Origin: Dehalococcoidia bacterium | GTDB taxonomy: Bacteria > Chloroflexota > Dehalococcoidia > UBA2979 | Assembly (NCBI GenBank): GCA_965262725.1 | Contig: OZ253555.1 | Location: 517,256 to 581,255 of the forward strand | Reading direction: 5' to 3' | DNA length: 64,000 nucleotides | Part shown: piece after piece, positions 59,196 through 64,000 of the stretch | Layout: every line of letters starts with the position of its first letter | How positions within the stretch are numbered: position 1 is the stretch's first letter | Position numbers and translations under genes: made by a program | The notes under the pieces: model-generated | The model's database searches: none | What the model was told of the DNA's origin: nothing | What the model saw: the letters and a program-made list of their open reading frames with translations, nothing else

Positions 59196-60567
59196 CCGCG
59201 CCGCCGCCGCGGAGGCCTCCGGCCCCGCCGACGTCTGCCCGTTCTGCGACGGCGCCCGCTTCGTTCGGGTGACGTCCGATACCGGACACCCCGCCTTCGG
59301 GCGCGCGCAGCCCTGCGCGTGCTCGACGCGCGAGGACGAGCGCGCCCGAAGGGAGCGGCTGCTGCGCTACTCGCGCCTCGGCGCGCTCGCCCGCCTGAGC
59401 TTCGGCACGCTGCTCGAGAGCGGTCGCGCCTCAGACCCGGTGGCGCGGGAGCGCTACCGCGGCGCCGTGGAGGCGGCGAGGCGCTACGCGGAGCGCCCCG
59501 AGGGCTGGCTCGTGCTCACCGGCGCTCCGGGCTGCGGCAAGACGCACCTCGCCGCCGCGATCGCCATGCACGCGATCGAGGCGGGGCGGCCGGCGCTCTT
59601 TCTGACCGTCGCCGACCTGCTCGATCGCCTGCGCGCCGCCTACGCCGACGACGCGGAGGTCGGCTACGACGACCTGCTCGCCGAGGTGCGCGACGCCCCG
59701 CTGCTCGTGCTCGACGATCTCGATTCCTACGCCGGCACGCCCTGGGCGCGCGAGAAGTTCTTCCAGATCGTCTCGCATCGCTTCAACGCGGTCGCGCCGA
59801 CGATCTTCACTTGCGTGAGGCCGCCGACCGAGATCGATCGGCGCCTGGCGGCGCGCCTGACCGATCCGCAGCTCTCCCAGGTCCTCGACCTCGCGCAGTC
59901 GTCTCTCCCGCGCTATGTCGCCGTGGGCGGCATGTCCGAGGAGCGCCTCGCCTCGATGACCTTCGAGAGCTTTCGACCCGCGGGCCACGGGCTCAGGGGC
60001 CAGACACGCAGCAATCTCGAGGGCGCCTTCCGGCTCGCGCACCAGTGGGCCGAGCAGCCTGACGGCTGGCTGGTCTTGCACGGCGGCCCCGGTTGCGGGA
60101 AGACGCACCTCGCCGCGGCGATCGCGAACCACCGCCTCGCCGCCGGCGACACCGTCTGCTTCGCGACCGTCCCGGACCTGCTCGACGAGCTGCGCGCGGG
60201 CTACGCGCCCGAGGCGGACAAGAGCTTCGACGAGCTCTTCCGCCGGCTGCTCGACGTGACGCTGCTCGCGCTCGACGACCTGGGCGCGCACCACTCGAGC
60301 CCCTGGGCTGAGGAGAAGCTCTACCAGCTCCTGAACCACCGCTACCTCGGCCGCATGGCGACGGTCGTAACCCGCAACAGCGATCCCGCCGCCCAGGCCC
60401 CCGCCGAGCCGCGCCGCGGGCGCGGCCGGCGCACCGCCGCCGGCGGCGGTGCCGAGCGCGAGGGCGGGGACCTCGAGCCGCGCATCCGCTCCCGGCTCGC
60501 CGACCTGCAGGTCGCAACGAACTACGAGATCCTGGCTCCCGACTACCGCGTGGGCGGCGTGAGCTGA
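59128..60567 (+). CDS. DnaI/DnaC-like helicase loader with N-terminal zinc-binding region and two tandem AAA+ modules
   Basis: CPFCDGARF...C.C; Walker A GAPGCGKTHLAAAIA and again GGPGCGKTHLAAAIA; Walker B LLVLDDLD and LLALDDLG. Confidence 0.8.
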   Translation: MRTLSEILGTTPTDESSAAPGPDRAAAAEASGPADVCPFCDGARFVRVTSDTGHPAFGRAQPCACSTREDERARRERLLRYSRLGALARLSFGTLLESGRASDPVARERYRGAVEAARRYAERPEGWLVLTGAPGCGKTHLAAAIAMHAIEAGRPALFLTVADLLDRLRAAYADDAEVGYDDLLAEVRDAPLLVLDDLDSYAGTPWAREKFFQIVSHRFNAVAPTIFTCVRPPTEIDRRLAARLTDPQLSQVLDLAQSSLPRYVAVGGMSEERLASMTFESFRPAGHGLRGQTRSNLEGAFRLAHQWAEQPDGWLVLHGGPGCGKTHLAAAIANHRLAAGDTVCFATVPDLLDELRAGYAPEADKSFDELFRRLLDVTLLALDDLGAHHSSPWAEEKLYQLLNHRYLGRMATVVTRNSDPAAQAPAEPRRGRGRRTAAGGGAEREGGDLEPRIRSRLADLQVATNYEILAPDYRVGGVS

Positions 60568-60581
60568 GGGGAGCGCGCCGC

Positions 60582-61283
60582 CTACGGGCGGGCGGGCGTC
60601 CCCTGCTGCCAGAGGGATCCCCCGGGACCCCATTCCCGCTTCCAGATCGGCGCCGTCTCCTTCACGCGGTCGACGAGACGGGCCGCGGCCCGGAACGCCT
60701 CCTCGCGGTGAGCGGCCGACACCGCCGCCACGATCGCCGGCTCGCCGACGGCGAGCGTGCCGATCCGGTGGTGCACCGCGACGCCGTGCAGCGGGCATCC
60801 GGCGGCCTCCGCCTCTGCGCGCACCTCCTCGATCAGGCGCGCGATCTCGCGCTCGGCCATCTCGGAGTATGCCTCGTACTCCAGCCGCTCGACGGCACGC
60901 CCCTCGTGGTGATCACGCACGACGCCCTCGAAGACCACCACCGCGCCCGAGGCGTCGGTGCGGACGAGGTCGCGGAGCGCCCGCGCGTCGAGTGGCTCGG
61001 GGGTCACGAGCACGGCGGGCGGCATTGCGCCCGGAGCGCCGCCCGCGACCGGGGGAATCAGGGCGACGCGATCGCCGTCGTGGAGCACGAGGGCCCCGTC
61101 CCGTGCGTACTCCTCATTGACTGCGATCGCGACCCCATCCAGGTGGGGCCGGAGGGCCGGGTAGCGCTCGGCGAGGCGGGCCCGGAGCTCCTCGAGCGGC
61201 ACCGTCGTCGCGTCGAAGACCTCGACCACCTCGGCGCCGGCGAGCTCGCGCAACGCGGCGAAGAGCCGGATGGTGACGTGCAC
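60582..61283 (-). CDS. moaDE: Molybdopterin synthase MoaD-MoaE fusion protein
   Basis: N-terminal ThiS/MoaD fold ending IPPVAGG followed by a MoaE catalytic domain. Confidence 0.85.
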   Translation of the reverse strand: MHVTIRLFAALRELAGAEVVEVFDATTVPLEELRARLAERYPALRPHLDGVAIAVNEEYARDGALVLHDGDRVALIPPVAGGAPGAMPPAVLVTPEPLDARALRDLVRTDASGAVVVFEGVVRDHHEGRAVERLEYEAYSEMAEREIARLIEEVRAEAEAAGCPLHGVAVHHRIGTLAVGEPAIVAAVSAAHREEAFRAAARLVDRVKETAPIWKREWGPGGSLWQQGTPARP

Positions 61284-61484
61284 GCGCCTCTCCTCGAATC
61301 GCGCCTCTCAGTATAGGAGCGCGGGAGCGGGAATCCGCGGTGGCGCCGACCGCGCGCTCGGGGTGGATGAAAGCCTCCTGCGGCACCGTTCGGCGCGACC
61401 GCGACGCCTCCCTGCGGTACCGTGTGCAGGGCCGCGCCGGAAGGGTGTCGGCGCTGGCATCTGGTACCAGATGAAGGTGATCCG

Positions 61485-62780
61485 ATGACAGCCACATCGC
61501 GCTCCGTGGCCAGGGAGGAAGCTGTCCGGCGCGATCCGGCGCTTCAGGAGGCCGACCCCGCCGTCGCGGCGGCGATCGGACGCGAGGAGGAGCGACAGCG
61601 GACGACCCTCGAGATGATTGCCTCGGAGAATTTCACCTCCCGGGCGGTGCTCGAGGCGGTCGGGAGCGTCCTCACCAACAAGTACGCCGAGGGGTACCCG
61701 GGTCGGCGCTACTACGGCGGCTGCGAGTTCATCGACGAGGTGGAGACGCTCGCGCTCGACCGCGCCCGGGCGCTCTTCGGCATGGAGCACGCCAACGTGC
61801 AGCCGCACTCCGGCGCGCAGGCCAACCTCGCCGTCTACCAGGGCCTGCTCGACCCCGGCGATCCGGTGCTCGGGATGGCGCTCGATCAGGGCGGCCACCT
61901 CACGCACGGCCACGGCGTCAACGCCTCGGGCAAGCTCTACCGCTTCGGCTCCTATGGCGTCGACCGCGAGAGCGAGACCATCGACTACGAGGCGATGCGC
62001 CGCGCGGCGCAGGAGCTGCGCCCGAAGATCCTGGTGGTGGGGGCGACGGCGTACCCCCGCACCATCGACTTCGCCCGCGCGCGTGAGATCGCCGACGAGG
62101 TCGGCGCGCTGCTCATGGTCGACATGGCGCACATCGCCGGCCTCATCGCCGCGGGAGCGCACCCCTCGCCGGCGGGGATCGCCCAGGTGCTCACGAGCTC
62201 CACGCACAAGACGCTCCGCGGCCCCCGGGGCGGCCTGATCCTCTGCGATCGGGATCTCGCCCGGCGCATCGATCGCGGCGTTTTTCCGGGCCACCAGGGC
62301 GGTCCGTTAATGCACGTCGTGGCCGGGAAGGCGGTTGCGCTCGGCGAGGCGGCGACACCGCAGTTCGCCGCCTATCAGCACCAGACCGTGGAGAACGCGC
62401 GGGCGCTCGCGGAGACGCTGTCGGAGGCGGGGCTGCGCCTCGTCTCGGGCGGCACCGACAACCACCTGATCCTCGTCGACGTGCGGCCGAAGGAGCTGAC
62501 CGGGCAGGAGGCGGAGAGCGCGCTCGATCGCTGCGGCATCATCGTCAACAAGAACGCGATCCCCTACGACCCGCTTCCCCCCGCGGTCACCTCGGGCCTG
62601 CGCATCGGCACGCCGGCGCTCACCTCGCGCGGCATCGGCCCCCGGGAGATGCGCCGGGTCGGCGAGCTGATCGCGGCGGTGCTGGAGGCGCCCGGGGACG
62701 AGTCCCTCGCCGCGCGCGTCCGCGACGAGGTCTCCGCGATCTGCGCGGAGCACCCGGCGCCGGGGCTCCCCCCGGCCTAG
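61485..62780 (+). CDS. glyA: Serine hydroxymethyltransferase
   Basis: SENFTS..., [15 protein letters not shown]-Lys motif; Met at 61485 preceded by SD GAAGGTGA. Confidence 0.95.
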   Translation: MTATSRSVAREEAVRRDPALQEADPAVAAAIGREEERQRTTLEMIASENFTSRAVLEAVGSVLTNKYAEGYPGRRYYGGCEFIDEVETLALDRARALFGMEHANVQPHSGAQANLAVYQGLLDPGDPVLGMALDQGGHLTHGHGVNASGKLYRFGSYGVDRESETIDYEAMRRAAQELRPKILVVGATAYPRTIDFARAREIADEVGALLMVDMAHIAGLIAAGAHPSPAGIAQVLTSSTHKTLRGPRGGLILCDRDLARRIDRGVFPGHQGGPLMHVVAGKAVALGEAATPQFAAYQHQTVENARALAETLSEAGLRLVSGGTDNHLILVDVRPKELTGQEAESALDRCGIIVNKNAIPYDPLPPAVTSGLRIGTPALTSRGIGPREMRRVGELIAAVLEAPGDESLAARVRDEVSAICAEHPAPGLPPA

Positions 62781-62942
62781 GACCGCCCCCCGCCCGCGGC
62801 CCCCGTGGCGGCCGGCGCGTTGCGGCGCGGCGCCACGGCGCGGCATGATGCGTGGCACCCGCCACACGGCGGAGCGTCGCAGCGTCTTCATGTGCATGCG
62901 GCAGAGGCCGGGCGCGCCCGGGCCGCGTCAACGGAGGATCCC

Positions 62943-64000
62943 ATGGACTGGCACGACAACGAGGTGCAGGCGGCGTTTCGCAGCGAGGTGCGGACGCTGA
63001 TCGAGGAGAAGGTGCCGACTCGCTACAGCGAGATGGCGAAGCGCAACCACCGCGAGATGGGGTACCCGTGGCCGCAGGACCGCGCCTCCGGCGAGCCGGA
63101 GCGCGAGCAGGCCGCCGCGGAGTGGTTCGAGGCGGTCTCCGAGAAGGGCTGGATCGCGCCGCACTGGCCGAAGGAGTACGGCGGGGGCGGCTTCACGCCG
63201 ATGGAGCAGTACATCTACAACGCGGAGCTCGCGACGGCGAACGTCCCCGCGCCCGGCTCTAACGTCGGCATCGGAATGCTCGGGCCGGCGCTGATCGTGC
63301 ACGGCACGGATGAGCAGAAGCAGCGCTTCCTGCCCCCGATCCTGAAGGGCGAGGTCGTCTGGTCGCAGGGCTTCTCGGAGCCCGCGGCCGGCTCCGACCT
63401 CGCATCGCTGCAGACGCGGGCGGTACGCGACGGCGACGAGTACGTGGTGAACGGCCAGAAGATCTGGACCAGCCACGCGCACTACGCGGACTGGGTGCTG
63501 CTGCTCACCCGGACGGATCCGCAGGCTCCGAAGCACCGGGGCATCTCGTTCCTGCTTCTGGACATCCGCTCGCCGGGCGTCTCGGTCCGTCCGATCATCG
63601 ACATGGCCTGGGGCCACGAGGTGAACGAGACGTTCTACGAGGACGTGCGCGTCCCGGCCGACCAGATGGTGGGGGAGGAGAACCGCGGCTGGTACGTCGC
63701 GATGACCCTGCTCGACAACGAGCGCTCCAACGTGACCGGCGCGATCATGATGGGGCGGCAGATCCGGCGCCTCCTCGCCGATGTTCACGGCGCGGGCGCC
63801 GCCCGCTCGCGGGTTGACCGCTACGACGCGGTCCGCCAGGAGATCGCCGAGCGCTACGTCGAGACCGGCGTGATGATGAACTTCTCGCTTCGGATTATCA
63901 CCATCCAGGCCGCGAACCAGGTGCCGAACTACGAGGCCTCGGTCGCGAAGATGTTCGGGTCGGAGGCGTCGCAGCGCATCTTCCGCACCGGGATGAAGGC
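62943..64000 (+). CDS. Acyl-CoA dehydrogenase (partial; runs off the window end)
   Basis: MDWHDNEVQAAFRSEVRTLIEE...GFSEPAAGSD...QKIWTS; no stop before 64000. Confidence 0.85.
   Translation, partial: MDWHDNEVQAAFRSEVRTLIEEKVPTRYSEMAKRNHREMGYPWPQDRASGEPEREQAAAEWFEAVSEKGWIAPHWPKEYGGGGFTPMEQYIYNAELATANVPAPGSNVGIGMLGPALIVHGTDEQKQRFLPPILKGEVVWSQGFSEPAAGSDLASLQTRAVRDGDEYVVNGQKIWTSHAHYADWVLLLTRTDPQAPKHRGISFLLLDIRSPGVSVRPIIDMAWGHEVNETFYEDVRVPADQMVGEENRGWYVAMTLLDNERSNVTGAIMMGRQIRRLLADVHGAGAARSRVDRYDAVRQEIAERYVETGVMMNFSLRIITIQAANQVPNYEASVAKMFGSEASQRIFRTGMK

Noticed and set aside
61290-61484. ZTP (pfl) riboswitch upstream of glyA
   Set aside because: glyA is a typical ZTP target and fragments resemble the motif (GGUGGCG...UCGGGGUG...GGCGCUGGCA), but the conserved UGACUGGCG / CACCGGGGAGC / CCGCCUGGGCA cores are not intact and no convincing P1/P2 pairing was found. 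A covariance-model scan (Rfam RF01750) is needed.
1-64000. tRNA / rRNA genes
   Set aside because: No cloverleaf-like or rRNA-like segments recognised by eye in the intergenic regions (18780-19175, 28709-29195, 55927-56302 and others); a tRNAscan/Infernal run would be needed to exclude them formally.

Overview
High-GC (~70%) bacterial chromosomal window. One half is conserved housekeeping genes on the + strand: a purine block (CoA-binding protein, purF, purM, purH; later purQ, purL with no purS between them), a split cytochrome b6 / subunit-IV / Rieske / diheme cytochrome c cluster preceded by a tiny transmembrane ORF, rpsU-yqeY-pgpH-like, rplI-dnaB-DnaD-domain-DnaI/DnaC-like (the loader carries two tandem AAA+ modules), a MoaD-MoaE fusion, glyA and a partial acyl-CoA dehydrogenase. 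The other half is accessory and rich in mobile DNA. It holds a VapBC pair; two divergently oriented giant secreted multidomain proteins (about 1600 and 2500 aa) that share about 80%-identical unusual C-terminal modules; and between them an IS21 element (istA/istB, 7-bp target duplication) that has split thrC, which also carries a frameshift. A lower-GC islet holds a phosphotriesterase-like gene broken by an antisense ORF-less group II intron, next to an LLM-type monooxygenase. A DUF2157 / GDYXXLXY / very large zinc-ribbon membrane protein operon follows, then a DEAD-box helicase. Most striking is a nested mobile structure: an IS630-family element invaded by a full-length group II intron whose RT/maturase ORF is itself split at an exact codon boundary by two head-to-tail copies of an ORF-less sister intron (a twintron with tandem inner introns). 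A third copy of that inner intron sits 11 kb away. At least three apparent frameshifts (thrC, the giant subtilisin protein, an RCC1-like lipoprotein) suggest pseudogenisation or assembly indels. No rRNA, tRNA or CRISPR array was recognised. Coordinates derived by eye rather than from the ORF track may be off by 1-2 nt.
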